A stretch of 64,000 nt of DNA, taken from assembly GCF_009914755.1 (NCBI RefSeq), contig NC_060927.1. One strand, given 5' to 3'. A program made the position numbers and the translations under genes. Below, in pieces: positions 1-15,429 of the stretch (position 1 is the stretch's first letter; every line of letters starts with the position of its first letter). The DNA comes from the human T2T-CHM13v2.0 reference genome, Homo sapiens. The notes below the pieces were generated by a model. That model made no database searches, was not told the DNA's origin, and saw only the letters and a list, made by a program, of their open reading frames with translations.

Positions 1-78
1 AAAATCTTCAGTATCCATGGATTTTGGTATCCACAGGGGTCCTGAAACCTATCCCCTGTGGATACTGAGGGATAACTG
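1..78. mobile_element. MER2 (TcMar-Tigger DNA transposon) terminal fragment, truncated by window edge
   Basis: GGATTTTGGTATCC..GGGGTCCTGAAACC.ATCCCCTGTGGATACTGAGGGATAACTG matches the MER2 end/TIR as I recall it; followed by TA target (79-80). Confidence 0.75.
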
Positions 79-94
79 TACTCAAAACCCTACT

Positions 95-243
95 CAGCAC
101 TTTATATGTTGTAATTTATTTAATCCTCCTGTTATATTAAAATGTTGCTATTTTCTATTTTACAGATGAGGAAACAGAGGCCCAAAAAGTTGAGCAACAT
201 GCAAACCTCATACAATTAATTACTGGTAAAGCCAGTATTCAAG
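95..243 (-). mobile_element. MIR SINE fragment
   Basis: Core ATTTTACAGATGAGGAAACAGAGGCCCA with TTTAATCCTC upstream. Confidence 0.75.
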
Positions 244-312
244 TAAAAAGTGAAGAGTAACTAAATTCAGAAAAAAAAATCACAGACTTATTAGAAAGAT
301 TTGGATGAGTTA

Positions 313-716
<404 letters not shown>

Positions 717-944
717 TCAGTAAAATGGGTATAAAAGACAATAAAGTATGAAGATTCAAAATGTGTCGGAAAATCGTTACACCATTAGACAAAATGGAAA
801 AACCATAACGTAGGAAAGAGAAGGCAGCAAATTTCATTTCAGACATTTATACTGGAAACAAGACACAATCTTTCTGTATATCAAAAGATAAAATAAAATT
901 GTCTAAATTATTGAATTGACCATGGTTCAGTGTGACTGAGATTA

Positions 945-1330
945 TTACTGTAAACCAAATATCCCCATAGTCCTCTAAATTCCCCAGTGGCATGCATCCT
1001 GGTTGAGTTACGTGACTAACTTACCAAAAGGATGTCAGCAAAATTGAGAGCGTTAATAGCAGGTGATTCCTCTCCCTGCTCTCATTCACATGAATGGAAA
1101 TGAAATAAACCTACAGGATGTTGTTGCAAGATGGAGGTGGACTGGATGACTGATTCAAATTTAGGAGCAGAGACCTGATGAGTGGCACCTTACAATGTTT
1201 TCTGATATGAGCGAGAAATAAAACTTTTATATGTTAAGAAATTTATTTTGATTTTGAATGTTTATTGTGATTTGGAGGTTTTATATGTCAAAATGTTTAT
1301 GGCAGCATAGCCTAACATCTTGACAAATAT
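945..1330 (+). mobile_element. MLT1 (MaLR) solo LTR, old MLT1H/J-like
   Basis: GAGAAATAAAACTT..TGTTAAG and terminal GCAGCATAGCCTAAC.TCTTGACAAATA typical of MLT1 3' ends; 5' boundary approximate. Confidence 0.6.
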
Positions 1331-1659
1331 GCACAACAACAAAAATGTCTAGGTTTGGGTTTTAACTCATATTAATTGTGAATTTTCTGACATCTTTGAT
1401 TTTTTTCTTTAAGAAATGGCATAAAATATTACTAATGTTAAAATCTAGTGAGCTAATAAATATGAATGTGTTTTGTAAGTCAAAACATCTATTTAAATAA
1501 AAATTATTTATATTTTGTTTATTGAATACCAATTAGAGATATTATTGTAAGTAACAAACATTATGGCTATCAGAATAAAAATAAGCAAATTGGGCTCTCA
1601 AAAAATTCATTACAGTCTATGAGAACTGTCTTGAAAATAAGCAGAATCCAGAATATCTC

Positions 1660-1987
1660 CAGAGCTGCACAGCTAATATGGCAACCAATAGCCATATGTG
1701 GCTATTGAACACTTAATATACAGATAGCTTAAATTGAAATGTGTTGTAAGTGTACAATGCACAACAGATTTTGAAGAATTGGTATAAAATGTAAAATAAC
1801 TCTAATAATTTTTATATTGATTGCCTGTTGTCATGAAGACATTTTGTACATATTGGGTTAAATTAGATTATTAAAATTAATGTCACCTGTTTCTTTTTAC
1901 TTTTTAAAATATGACTACTAGAAAAATTAAAATTACATAAGTAACTCATATTTATGGCTTTCATTACCTTTCCTTTGTAGAGTACTG
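1660..1987. mobile_element. MER33 (hAT-Charlie DNA transposon)
   Basis: CAGAGCTG..AATATGGCAACCAATAGCCATATGTGGCTATTGAACACTT..ACTAGAAAAATTAAAATTACATA..AGTACTG; about 330 bp. Confidence 0.8.
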
Positions 1988-2804
1988 ATGTATGTCTTTC
2001 AGCATGTCTGCATGAGCTGGGGGATATCTCACACCAGAGGAGAAAGTTTCTAAATGAAGGACCCTATTTGAACATCTTCCAACTGAAAAATATCTACGAG
2101 TGTTAAGGAAGTATAAAAAAGAGGGAAAATGGTTATCCCTTTTCTAAAATTTTTTAAGAGTCACTTTTTAAAAAAGGGAGAAATTATGGTTCACATACAA
2201 GTATACAGTGAACACATATCAAAGATTCTATCTAAATCATCCATTACTGTGAGAACCAGTAAGATATTACAACCAAGTCAAAAGAAAATTTTAAGAATAA
2301 TACATACAAAATGAATAAAGAATTCTGAATTGAATATACAAGTAGATGCAAAATGGGTCTATCCACAGGGCAATAATCACTTGCATTACCCTGGAAACAA
2401 CTAATTTGCATTTGTATATGCAAGCATAATTTGCATTATAGTCAGTATTCAACAATTTATGGGCTCAAAGTCAATGATAGGCAGAGATACCTGTAGAAGT
2501 TAACCGGTCAGAACATCAATAATTTTTTCCCCCATTTCAAAACCTTTCACAATTTTTGTTGGCCGGATGAATAAAATTTTAAAAAAAGAGTTTTAAATTA
2601 TTTTTCCACATGACAAGGTCAATTGATAGGAATTCTATATTCAAAATTATTATCTGTATAACTATGCATTCTGTGCCAAATATTTATCTTTTTATTTTGT
2701 CTTAGAAAGTTTTGTGTTTTATGAAGAAATTGCACAGAAATTAACAAAAATTATATCTTTTTAAACAAATGTATTTAAAACTGTTTTTTCCTAAAGCCCT
2801 TCTC

Positions 2805-3255
2805 TGGTAGGTATAATGGTCCCCCAAAAAGCTATCTACAGTTTAATCCCTGGAAACTGTGAGCATGTTACCTTAGATGGCAAAAAAAAAAAAAAAAAAA
2901 AAAAAAGAACTTTCCAGATGTGATATGTGATAGAGGTTACAGGGTTTAAATGGGGAGCGTATCTAGGATTATGCAGGTGGTCCCAATCTGATCACATGAG
3001 CACTTAAAAACAGAGAACTTTCTCCAGCTAGAGGCAGAAGAAGCAGATGTAGCAAAAGCCCTCAGAAACGCTCACTTATACTTACATCGAGAAAAACAAA
3101 AAATCAAGACAGTTACTTGTGGACTGCTGATGAAGAGGGGTGACCTCCAGAAGGTGAGGGTGATCTTGAGTTAGCAGTCTGCAAGAGAACAGGACTTCAG
3201 TCCTATAAATACAAGGAAACAAATTCTTCCAACAACAAATGAGCTTAGAAGGGAC
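2805..3255 (+). mobile_element. MLT1 (MaLR) LTR, MLT1E-like, with internal poly(A) run
   Basis: TGGTAGG.ATAATGGTCCCCCAAA..TAATCCCTGGAAACTGTGAGCATGTTACCTTAGATGGCAAAA..GGATTATGCAGGTGGTCCCAATCTGATCACATGAG; 3' end decayed or truncated. Confidence 0.8.
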
Positions 3256-6200
3256 TTATATATCTCTGGCAATATAATGCCTAAAGATTGGGTCATCCAA
3301 AAAGAAATTAGACCTTTTCAGAACCTGCAAGAAATGGAAATGAGATTATCTCTAATTTTTACATAATCTCTGCCAAAAAATATGTTAATGGAATTGTCAG
3401 ATTCTTCTTATTCAGGTAACACTCATTTTTTATTGTCTAAACAGTATTTTTAATTTATAATTTTATAACAAAAATTATAAATTTCGTTCAAAATAACCAA
3501 ATTCACACTGAGAAATGAGCAGTTTTTAACAAACACTAACCATAATCCTAAATATGTAGAAAAATTTTAAAATGCCTGCATCACTGCAGTATGATTATGC
3601 CAACCACAAATCACTCTTCACTGGGCTTCGGAGAAACTATTAGTCATGAACATCCAAGAAAAATCCCTGTCCTTACCTTGCAGAGAATTTCTTCCTTTAT
3701 CATGTTAATCTCTTTCATCTGCTTTTATACATATTTTGTTCATGCTAAACAACACCAAACTGGTTGCTTCCTTTATTCAAAGCCAGTATACTAATTAAAG
3801 AAAATTATCTTTCCCTGTGAAACTGCTTAAAACAGTCACTGAAGCAGCATTCTTAGCTGATTAAAAATATTTCATTAATCATTTCTCTTCTGGCTATCAC
3901 TATAACAATTTATATTTCTTACACCTGTGAAATGACAAAGTTAGGGAAAGAAAATCTGCTAATGTCTTTTTAGAAGCAATTTTTAATGGAATCCCTTCTA
4001 CAAAGTGCTCTTGCAGATTACTTCAGCTGTGGTGGGAATGGTTTTATTCATATGCATTCTTGGTGGGAAAATGACACCTTAGATACTAAATGTTACTTGC
4101 AACCACCACCTATATTTCTCATCCTTCCTTCCCTTTATGGTTGTTTTTTCTTTAGTTATTAGGAAACCATCACTGTTCCACTATAACAGTTGTTAGAGCT
4201 TTACCTTATCTGCTTACTGTCTTCCAGGAGCTTATTATTTCATTGTTTAGTGCTTACTAGCATGTGGATTACATATTTATCCTTTCTCTCCTAGACAAGC
4301 CATAACATAGTCTCTGCAACTGGCATCTAGTAAAAGCATGAGGTGAAAAATTCAGGGAAGAGTATCTTCCCAGGATTTGTAGAAAGTAAAATACCCTTTA
4401 AACCTGCCAATCTGGTTCTCTTAACAGTATCTCAGCAATGACTGTAGAAACACTAATTATAGGGTTCTTTTAATGTAAAGGAAAAAAAAAAAGATTCTAC
4501 ATCGTGAAGCCCTTAACTTTACTTCCTAAATCTCACAAAGAAGAGATTCTCCTTTGGCTGCCATCATCTCCTGTGGATTACAATTTGCTACATTGCAAAA
4601 GTACATTGTGGTTCCTTGAAAGGCTTGAGCTTTCCCATGCTGTTTTGTGAATGGGTTCTCAACTATCAGCCTTGTGTGAGTCTGATGATGTCACACCATG
4701 CACTACTGAAAATGTGTTACAATTCACATCCTTAGGGAATCTGTGCAATGTGTTTAGAGAAAGCCTTGTGGAAGAATACTATCAGCCTTTAAATCAAAGA
4801 AAAGAAAGACTATGGAGATTTTCCTCGATGGAATGCCAACTCTGTGTAAAACTAATAGACAAAAGTGCTCTATGAAATGTAGGGTACTGGGTTGAAAAGC
4901 TTTGCTAGTATCACTGGAAGCTATCAAATTTGTGATGGTCTTTTAATAAGATTTTAAAATCATGAAAATCTAGAATTGCCCATCTTACATATGGTCACAA
5001 TCTCAATCAACACAGCCAGCCACTTATTCCTGGTACTTACTCCTGTCTAATATAAAACATATTATGTATATTAATTCACTACATTTGAACTATTCCTTGG
5101 TAGAGGCATAATCTTAGTTCTAGAAGCACTAAATCTGCTCATACCAGAAAAAAAGATCTCAATCTTTCTTACTTATAATGAACATGGTAAATAATATGCC
5201 GATTAAAGCTCATTTAGCAGATCATGTCTCAGTGATCTTTTCAACCCTGTCCATCAACTCCAAGAAATGCCGATGTCATACGGAAGGTGCTTTCTATATA
5301 TTTTGGAAAGAATTGATTAAAGTACCAGATTAAGAAGTGTAACTATATATAAGTATAAGTCAATTCATGCATTCTCTGTAAAAGACAGTTTTTTCTGTGT
5401 TACTTTGGAGAGTGGGATAACCTTTTATATAGACAAACTGTCTTTTAAAAAAAATGCTTTGAGTCTCAAGTGACATCCCCTGTCACAACTGGTATCCTGA
5501 GAAAAACAACAAGAACAAATGGTGATAAGGAGAGCAATGTGGGGCAGAAGCAGAAGGTAGGAGATCAAATCATGACATAGGCATAAGCCATGATAAATAC
5601 CTGGTAGAAAGAAAGCTTCTGGGAAAACATCAGGAGTATTCCAGTGGTAGACAAGATATGTGGAATCCAAGATTTATCTGCTTAATTGAATAAAGGATGA
5701 GGAAAGATCACTAATTATCTACATTTAAAAAAAAGAAAGAAATCAAAATAATAGAGAATGAAAGAAGAGAGAAGGGCAGATCACAAAGAAAACAACATTA
5801 TAATAAGAAAAAGGGATATGAAATAAATGTTCTTATTTGTCAGTATTCTTTCTTTTTACAGAGAATGAGATTTTCAAAGACAAACAGAAGAAAATAAACA
5901 ATGGAAAACCCTGTGGGTGGGGAGAAGAGCTGAAAGACTCCTGTACAGACAGAAGTTATCAGAGTCATTTTTATAGATCTTGGCACAACTTCCCAGAAAG
6001 TAATAATACATTGGTGTTAGACATTTGGTCCATTTTCATAAAACCAAAGTTGCCAATAAAGTAATTGTGTTGCTCAAAAGTTTAATGAAAGATTCAAATT
6101 AAGAAACAAGAATAAAGTCAAACATTTTATCATCAAAAAAAGAATTAATTTAATACTGATGAGATCCAATTTAGTAGGTCAAAACAAAATTTGTTATTTC

Positions 6201-6511
6201 TTTTTTTATAATAAGACAGTGGATGCAGGAGAGATTGTGATCTAGTTAAGGCAAATTGGGACAAATTAACAATTATGATTAAAGTAGCATGTAGTTGAGG
6301 CCTTGGCCTAAGTGATATTAGAAAATAGAGCTTTGGCAAGTAAAGGATAAGTTAGTTACCTTATAGGTAACTTTGCACTGAATGATGGCAGAGGATAATT
6401 ACAAAATGATGCCCAAATATTGTTCAATATGAGGCCTAGGACATAGGACATCATCTTAATGTGATCTGTAATCAGAGTCTGTGAGACAAATCACAATTAC
6501 ATATCAAAAAT

Positions 6512-6600
6512 AGTAATTACTAATTAGAGCATTTATTTATTGTGTTAATGTGCCGGGCATTTAGTAAAGTGTTTTATTAATATCATGTAATGTCCACATG
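6512..6600 (-). mobile_element. MIR fragment (left part, interrupted by Tigger4)
   Basis: GAGCATTTA..TGTGCCGGGCATTTAGTAAAGTGTTTTA resembles reverse MIR tail. Confidence 0.5.
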
Positions 6601-6629
6601 CATGCACACACTGTAAGTTATATGTACTA

Positions 6630-7689
6630 CAAGTTGAGCATCTTTAATCTGAGATTCTTGGGACCAGAAGTATTTTGGATTTTGGTTTTTTTGGATTTTG
6701 GGATATTTGCATATATATGTGAAATGTCTTTGGTATGCGACTCAAGTATAAACATAAAATTTATGATTCATGTATGCTTTATATACATAGCTTGAAAGTA
6801 ATTTTATACAATACTTAAAATAATTTTGTGCATGAAAATAGATTTATGTACATTGAAGCATCAGAAAGCAAAGGTATCATTATCTTATCCATCCACGTGG
6901 ACAATCTGTGTTTGTTTGCCATCACCACCATTCCTGACTTCAAATTTATATGCTACCAATAAGTAATTATTTTCTTAAACTTATTTATACGTAAGTACTG
7001 AACAATAAATAATGTGACATACCGTAAATATGGTGAAAAAATAATTTGATCGGAGTAACTAAGCAGCATGTAGCGTCACCAGAATACCTGTATCAGTTAT
7101 CAAACAATAGTGACAACAAACAATGGCAGGATTTTAGTCTTCATCTATGATGCTGCGTTTTGATTAAAAGGTTACTATAGGCCAGGTGTGGTGGTTCACA
7201 CCTGTAATCCCAGCACTTTGGGAGGCCAAGGTTGAAGGATCACTTGAGCTCAGGAGTTTGGGACCAGCCTGGGTAACAGAGAGACCTCCTTTCTACAAAA
7301 GTAATTTTTAAAAAAATTGGCCAGGCATATTGTCGCACACCTGTAGTCACAGCTGTCTGGGAAGCAGAAGCAGGAGGATCACTTGAGCCTGCAATATTGA
7401 GGCTAACAAGTGAGCCATGCTCGTGCCACTGCACTCAAGCCTGGGCAACAGTGAGACTCTGTCTCAAACAAACAAACAAACAAACAAACAAACAAAAGGT
7501 TACTGTGTACAATAATCCCCTTGGGGATGCCGAGTAAACTACGTATTGTACCCCTACCTTTTGAATGTAACCCATCACATGAGGTCAGATATGGAATTTT
7601 CCATTTGTGATATCATGTTGGTCCTCAAAACGTCTTAGATTTTGGAGCATTTTGGATTTCAGGTTTTTGAATTAGAGATACCCAACCTG
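6630..7689. mobile_element. Tigger4 (Zombi) DNA transposon derivative containing an AluJ
   Basis: TIRs CAAGTTGAGCATC.. and ..GATACCCAACCTG, both flanked by TA (6628-29, 7690-91); CTTGGGACCAGAAGTATTTTGGATTTT subterminal motif. Confidence 0.85.
7180..7493 (+). mobile_element. AluJ with (CAAA)n tail
   Basis: AGGATCACTTGAGC in both arms (J-type); TSD AAAAGGTTACT at 7166-7176 and 7494-7504. Confidence 0.92.
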
Positions 7690-7691
7690 TA

Positions 7692-7830
7692 GTATTATTA
7701 CAAATGAAAAAAAAAATGCAAGCTGAGAAGAGATAACGAATTTCTCTAAGAATCAAAAACTGTAAATAGTAGAATTGGAAAAAAAATGAGGTTTGAGTCC
7801 AAAGCCAATTTCCTTTATATTCATTAAACT
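7692..7830 (-). mobile_element. MIR fragment (right part)
   Basis: TTACAAATGAAAAAA..GCTGAGAAGAGATAACGAATTTCTCTAAG..TGAGTCCAAAGCC. Confidence 0.5.
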
Positions 7831-9199
7831 ACCTCTTAATTCTTCCTCTAAAATTGGAAATGGATACAACCATTATGACTGAGAGAATCTAGCTATTCAA
7901 ACTTCCTCAGAACATGTCTTAATATAGCTGAGCAGGCAAGTGTAGCCAGTTTCATGGGCCTAAGGAAAATAGATAAAATACATTTCTCAGTTTATATCAT
8001 ATTCAGAGATCTTTTGGGGCTCTAAAAGACAAAGGAAACAAGAGACGTTTTAAGAATTGATGTGAAAAAGAAGATAGATTTTATGCTGTGATGAGAAAAG
8101 ATGAGAGGCGCAATGTAAAGTAATGGGATAAACAAGAGATACAGAAAGAAAACAGCAGGAGGAAGACAGCTCTTGCAGAGTAAGTGAGATAGAATTTGTT
8201 TATTTTGAGCACAGAGATTTTCACGAAGTCTAAATATGAGAAAAGAAAAGGGGAATGTGGAAGAAACACCTTGAAACAAACAAAAGCAGGGTAACTCAAA
8301 AGCAAATGAGGTGGAAGTCAGCTACAGATGGAAGTCAAGTATTTGATGTAAGATAAGAACCATAACTTAGAAATCAGGTAACAGAAAATAGCCACATTTG
8401 GAGAGCTGAAGGTGAAAAAGAAAAATGTAAATAAAATACTACAGAAAGTAATGCTGTTATGGGTCAAGCAGTTCTTGAAGTAGGGGAACATGAAACCCAA
8501 ACAGAATAACTGGAAAGAAGACACGGAAATGTAATTTATGGTTCTCTAAGGAAAGAAAAATCAAAATGTCAGTACAAGGAAAATTCATATGAAAAAGAAA
8601 ACATTCTGAAAGAACCAACTAGATTTGGAGCTCTTTACGATTACTAAAAAAGAAACACAAGCATACCAAAGGAAAAAATGGTATTTTAACAATAATTTGT
8701 TCAATTAAGTTGACCCCGCAATGTGAATCTAATAGAATGGGTATGCTCATAACATGCACGGTTAGTATACTTTCTCAATCTGTATCTTTCCTCTAGTAAA
8801 TGTTAAAGTGAAAAATTTTAAGAGTAGGTAATTTTTGTACAACCTTTTAAGACATATGAGTTGGGAGGTTATTTAAAATGCAAGTTAAAAAAAGATGACA
8901 GGACTAAAATGGCCTACAGGGGAAAATATTTGAAATCAAATTTAATAAATAAGTTAATAGTTTATGTGCTTGTCAATTGATTTATTTGAATTTCAAAAGC
9001 AATCTTTATTCATTCTTCAACTTTTAAAAAATACTTCCCACAGCAGCAATACAAAGCTGCAGGTGTGACATGGTATTCCACAAACCATCATAATACATGC
9101 AAGTCAACCTATGTATCCCTGCATTCTACCTCCATAGCTTGAGAATGCCCTCCCTGGATCATCATTTTGGAGAACTTTTTCCTAGATCAAGTTTCAGAA

Positions 9200-9525
9200 C
9201 AGCCATTCATCAATTGCCATCCATTATAAGACCAATTTGCTGCATGATCAATTTGACAAATTAACTCCCCCAAAACATGTATCTACTAACTAGTTATGAA
9301 GTTCATAGCAATTCCTATTCTGCCAAGGCCACTTATTTTTTAGTGTCAGTTGAAATATTTCACTTTTTTAAGAAACCTTGAATTTTAGGTATGGAATACA
9401 GTATTTACGTCAAAGAATAGTAACGCTAAACAGAGTGAGTATCTTACAAAACATTTTGAATTAAGTTTATTGAATTTTATAATTTGTGAATGTAGATATC
9501 TTGACTGGGGAACTGTACGTCTGCA
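9200..9525. mobile_element. possible ancient MamRep605-like repeat
   Basis: Reiterated CAATTTG motifs (GACCAATTTGCTGCATGATCAATTTGAC) at the left, loosely complementary motifs at the right; highly decayed. Confidence 0.3.
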
Positions 9526-10149
9526 TATGATATTCAGATAGTCATGAGAACTTAAACTCATTTATATGTTATATAAATAGAATTAAAACAATTGACGACA
9601 AAAAATAGTTTACAACCCTCAGACACACAGGCTTTCTGTGACATAGGAATTTATATTGTATATGTACTGTTATTTCTACTAGAACTGTCCGCTTTATATG
9701 TATTTGCCAAAAAAAGAACAAGTGAGCTACATCAGCTAGCAGCTATTTTAGCTGACTACAGAGAGGAAAGAAAAAGGACTGTACATTTCAAATTCTTAAG
9801 TACTCCTCAAATGCCTAGTGTTTTATGTACAGATAGGGTAGATTTTTCCCTTAATTACATTGCAGACTGACATATATGTGTGAAAATAAACACCCAGGTG
9901 TAACTTCCACTTGGTGGTCTAAAAAACAAGTTGGTCTCTATGCACATCTTTATCAACGTGTACACAGTCAAGTGTGCAAAAATGAGGCATGGGTTTACTT
10001 CCTGATTCAGTGGTAAATAACACCTGCTACTATTATAAACTAGATTCATTAGCTAATATGTTTAGGCTCTATTTAGTGGAAAATACGAACAATTACTATA
10101 GAAAATTGAATGTAAATGTTAAAAACCTTGAAAATGTAAAAATATCTAT

Positions 10150-10600
10150 CAAAATTTTAGAGGAAGGACCAGAAATAAAAGAAAGAATAAGCACATATTT
10201 TTTTCCATTTTTCATAGCTTTGTAGACTTACTTAATGCTTTCTATAATTATTTTTTAAATCATAAAGATAAGTACTCACAAAACCAAAAATTAAAATGTA
10301 GTAAGTCCAGAATTTGTGGGAGAGTAAATGTGCCCTAAATTAAATTCTCCAAGTTCATACTATGAAGTAGAATATGTCTACAAGATGTAAGTAGAGAAAC
10401 AGAAATTTAAGGGTTGTTTTTAAGATAATCTTTAGAATAATCTGAAAGATTTATTCTAACTAGAAGATGTAGAGGGCATAAAAGATGAAAAATATAGTGT
10501 AAATAGATTAATTGACTCAATATATATTTCTAGTCGCTACCTAAGGTTGATAAATCAAGCAAAACAGGTTTAAAACTTTTTGTAGTTAAAAATTGGTAAT
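10150..10600 (+). mobile_element. old L1MC-type 3' end fragment
   Basis: AGGTTGATAAATCAAG and A-rich tract resembling L1MC4/5 3' UTR. Confidence 0.4.
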
Positions 10601-10609
10601 TAAGAGCTC

Positions 10610-12557
<1,948 letters not shown>

Positions 12558-14072
12558 TTAGTCTTCAGTTATGTGTGTTTCATTGTTCAACCTGGCCACA
12601 TTATAATGATAAGCTAAAAAATGATGTCCAAGAAATATATATACACACACACATGCAAACAATAATACTAATAGATTAAATGTATGTATATATTTGCATA
12701 TACACAGAAAATGTCTTATGTAATAGTGGCCACAGCTACTTCTTGGGGTCATGATCACATTTGGGAAGTTACAGGAAAAAATCAGGAATTGTATACTTTT
12801 TAAAAATACCTCTCTGCAGTTTGAATTTTTTTTTGTTAAAGCAGATTTATTATCTATATAATTAGTTTTAATATGAAAACAATAATTATGACTGCTTTTT
12901 AAGTGATATATTCTAAATGAAGCAGTGTATTAATTAGGGGGAAAAGGGGAAATTTTCTAAATAAATATCTTGGAATTGGCCAAAACATGCTGCCAGCCAA
13001 TTTTTTTTTCCCACTATTACAGGTGCATTAATTGGGACGTGGAATAGATGATTAACTCCCTCTTGTGAGTGCTTTACCCTGTGAAGACAGTTATGGCTGA
13101 GAATTATAGCACCTTGTGGTATAGGTGAGGATGAAGCTGGCATATTAATCAGTCACTTTCTTTTTCAAGGAAAATTTTTCTTCCTTATTTATTTATACAC
13201 AACTGCATCTCATTTTTCCATAGTAGATGGTTTTCAAAAAATGTGTAAATGTGATATTTTGTAAACAGAGTGACACTGTTAATAACCTGGTATGAGAACT
13301 TTACAAAGAACTGAGGGATCCATAAGGTTGAAGAAGACATCTGAGGGAACAGCTTTTTCATAAGAGGCCAACAACTCTTTCAGGTACTTCAGAGGTGAGA
13401 ATCTGGGTGGGAGGTGGTCAAAGGAATGACCAGGTAGATTCAACTGTGACATCTCATCACTCTCATTTTTCAAATTGCTTTTATTCTTTTATCTTTGGAG
13501 TTCTCTGTAAAATTGTATTTACTGAACGTGTTGCACATCATTAAAACATTTATAAAAACTTATCTCATCTACTAGATTCATTTTAAATTGAAAAATCAAG
13601 TCCTGCCTGCTGCCTTTATTTCATTACACTGTCTTTAATTTGTAACCTAACTTGTTTCTCATATCTTGCTTTTTCACAGAAATTATTGAAGAGATGATTA
13701 AGTTTATTTTTACATCACATTTATATTAAACATAGTTACACAATTACAGTTAATTTTAAAACTCTAAAAATACCACTTACATTACAGTTTTTATCATGTA
13801 TTTCTAATTTTAAAAGGAATAGATATTCATGTTAATAATAAAAATTCAAAATATAAAAAATAACATGGTATAAAATGTAATTATCTTTCTTTCTTACTAA
13901 AGTTCCTTGACCCCTTTCCAAGATGCAATTACTTTTAACACATTTGTGAAGATATCTCTAGAAATTTTATATACAAATCCAAGTTTGTGTATGTATACAA
14001 GTATAGATATTAATGAATAGAAATAGCTTTTTACAAGCCTAAACGTCTGTGTTCAACTTTCTTTACCTGGCC

Positions 14073-14218
14073 TTTTTATTTTATTTTATTGAAAACAAAA
14101 TAGAGATGGGGTTTCGTTATGTTACCCAGGCTGATCTTGAACCCTTGAGCTCAAGTAATATTACTGCTTTGGCCTCCCAGAGTGCCTGGATTACAAGCAT
14201 GAACCACCATGCCAGGCC
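14073..14218 (-). mobile_element. FLAM-type free left Alu monomer
   Basis: Single reverse monomer TAGAGATGGGGTTTCG..CAGGCTGATCTTGAAC..CCTCCCAGAGTGC..CCACCATGCCAGGCC. Confidence 0.85.
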
Positions 14219-15111
14219 TGCCCTTGCCATTTTCTAATCATACACATTAGAAGTTGTTTTATAACTGATATTTATGGTTAAAATAAAGAGATGTGTAAAA
14301 TATAATTTCAAATCACACTATTTATTACCATACAGTTTGTCTTTTCTTTTGGTTCACAATGCTTAAATGGGGAGGATAACGAAAACAAATCTCATGGGGA
14401 ATATACACTATAGACGAAGTACATCAACTACATAGTGAGTTCTGAAATTATTAAAGTCCAGTTGCTCACTTAGGATGGAAGCAGGCCTCTGTAGAAAGTA
14501 TAGTCTAATTAAAGTTTGAGTTGTGCCTTATATCAGGGGTTCTCAGGAGAGACCATCTGACCCGACACAGCTGAGGTTCCTAGATGCTAGTGGGTGGTTC
14601 TGGTGTTGCTGGGCAAAGCTTTGGGGGTTAGCTCAAAGGCAAATAAGGTATGGCCCTGACAGCATGAGCTCTCCTTAGAGAGGCGACTAACAGTGCAGCC
14701 CTTCTAGGGCCAAAGCTCTCAAACTGTCTGTGAAACTTTTAGGATTATATGTGTTTTGGATTCCAGTAGTTGAGGTCAATACTCAGATATGGGGCCTGAT
14801 AAGTTGTGGCCTAACATTCTTGAGGGGAGAGGGCTTATCACAGCAAAACATGTCACTCATGTAGCAAATCGTGTAAGTGCTTGGAATCATTTTAAAGCTA
14901 CAAAACAATAACACTACATGAATTTCTCAAAGTGCTGTGGAATATATCATTGTTAGATGCACCAGAATTTGATCATAATTTAAGCTGATCAAATAATGTT
15001 TTTTAAATTTAGTTGGCCAAATGAAAGTCATTTAATAAACATAGCTGGCGAAGTGGAGGTCATATTGGTTAGTTTTAGTAATTTCCTATTACAAAATATA
15101 TTATCAATTTA

Positions 15112-15420
15112 AGATATCAGTTGCTCCAGTAATCCTGAATAATAAACCACCTGAAAACCAAAGGCTTAAAACAATGATCATTTAATATTGCTCATGAAAA
15201 TACAGTTTAGGTAGGTCATTATCATGGTCTTGGCTAAACTGATCTGTCTGCCATAAATCGCAAATTGAGGAGACTCCTTATTTGATCTTGTCTGAACTCA
15301 GACATGTTTCTGCATGTTTGAGGGTTGAATACATTTTGTCTAACCTAAAATGGCCCTTGACTGAAACAGCTAAGATGACTGAAAATAAGGAAGCCCCAGC
15401 TCTCCTCCATATCTCTCACA
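15112..15420 (-). mobile_element. MLT1 LTR fragment (MLT1G/H-like)
   Basis: AATAAACCACC..AAAGGCTTAAAACAATGATCATTTA.TATTGCTCATGA. Confidence 0.6.
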
Positions 15421-15429
15421 GCGTTTTAT

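Noticed and set aside
14073-14218. 7SL RNA gene
   Set aside because: Only a decayed Alu monomer; no S domain
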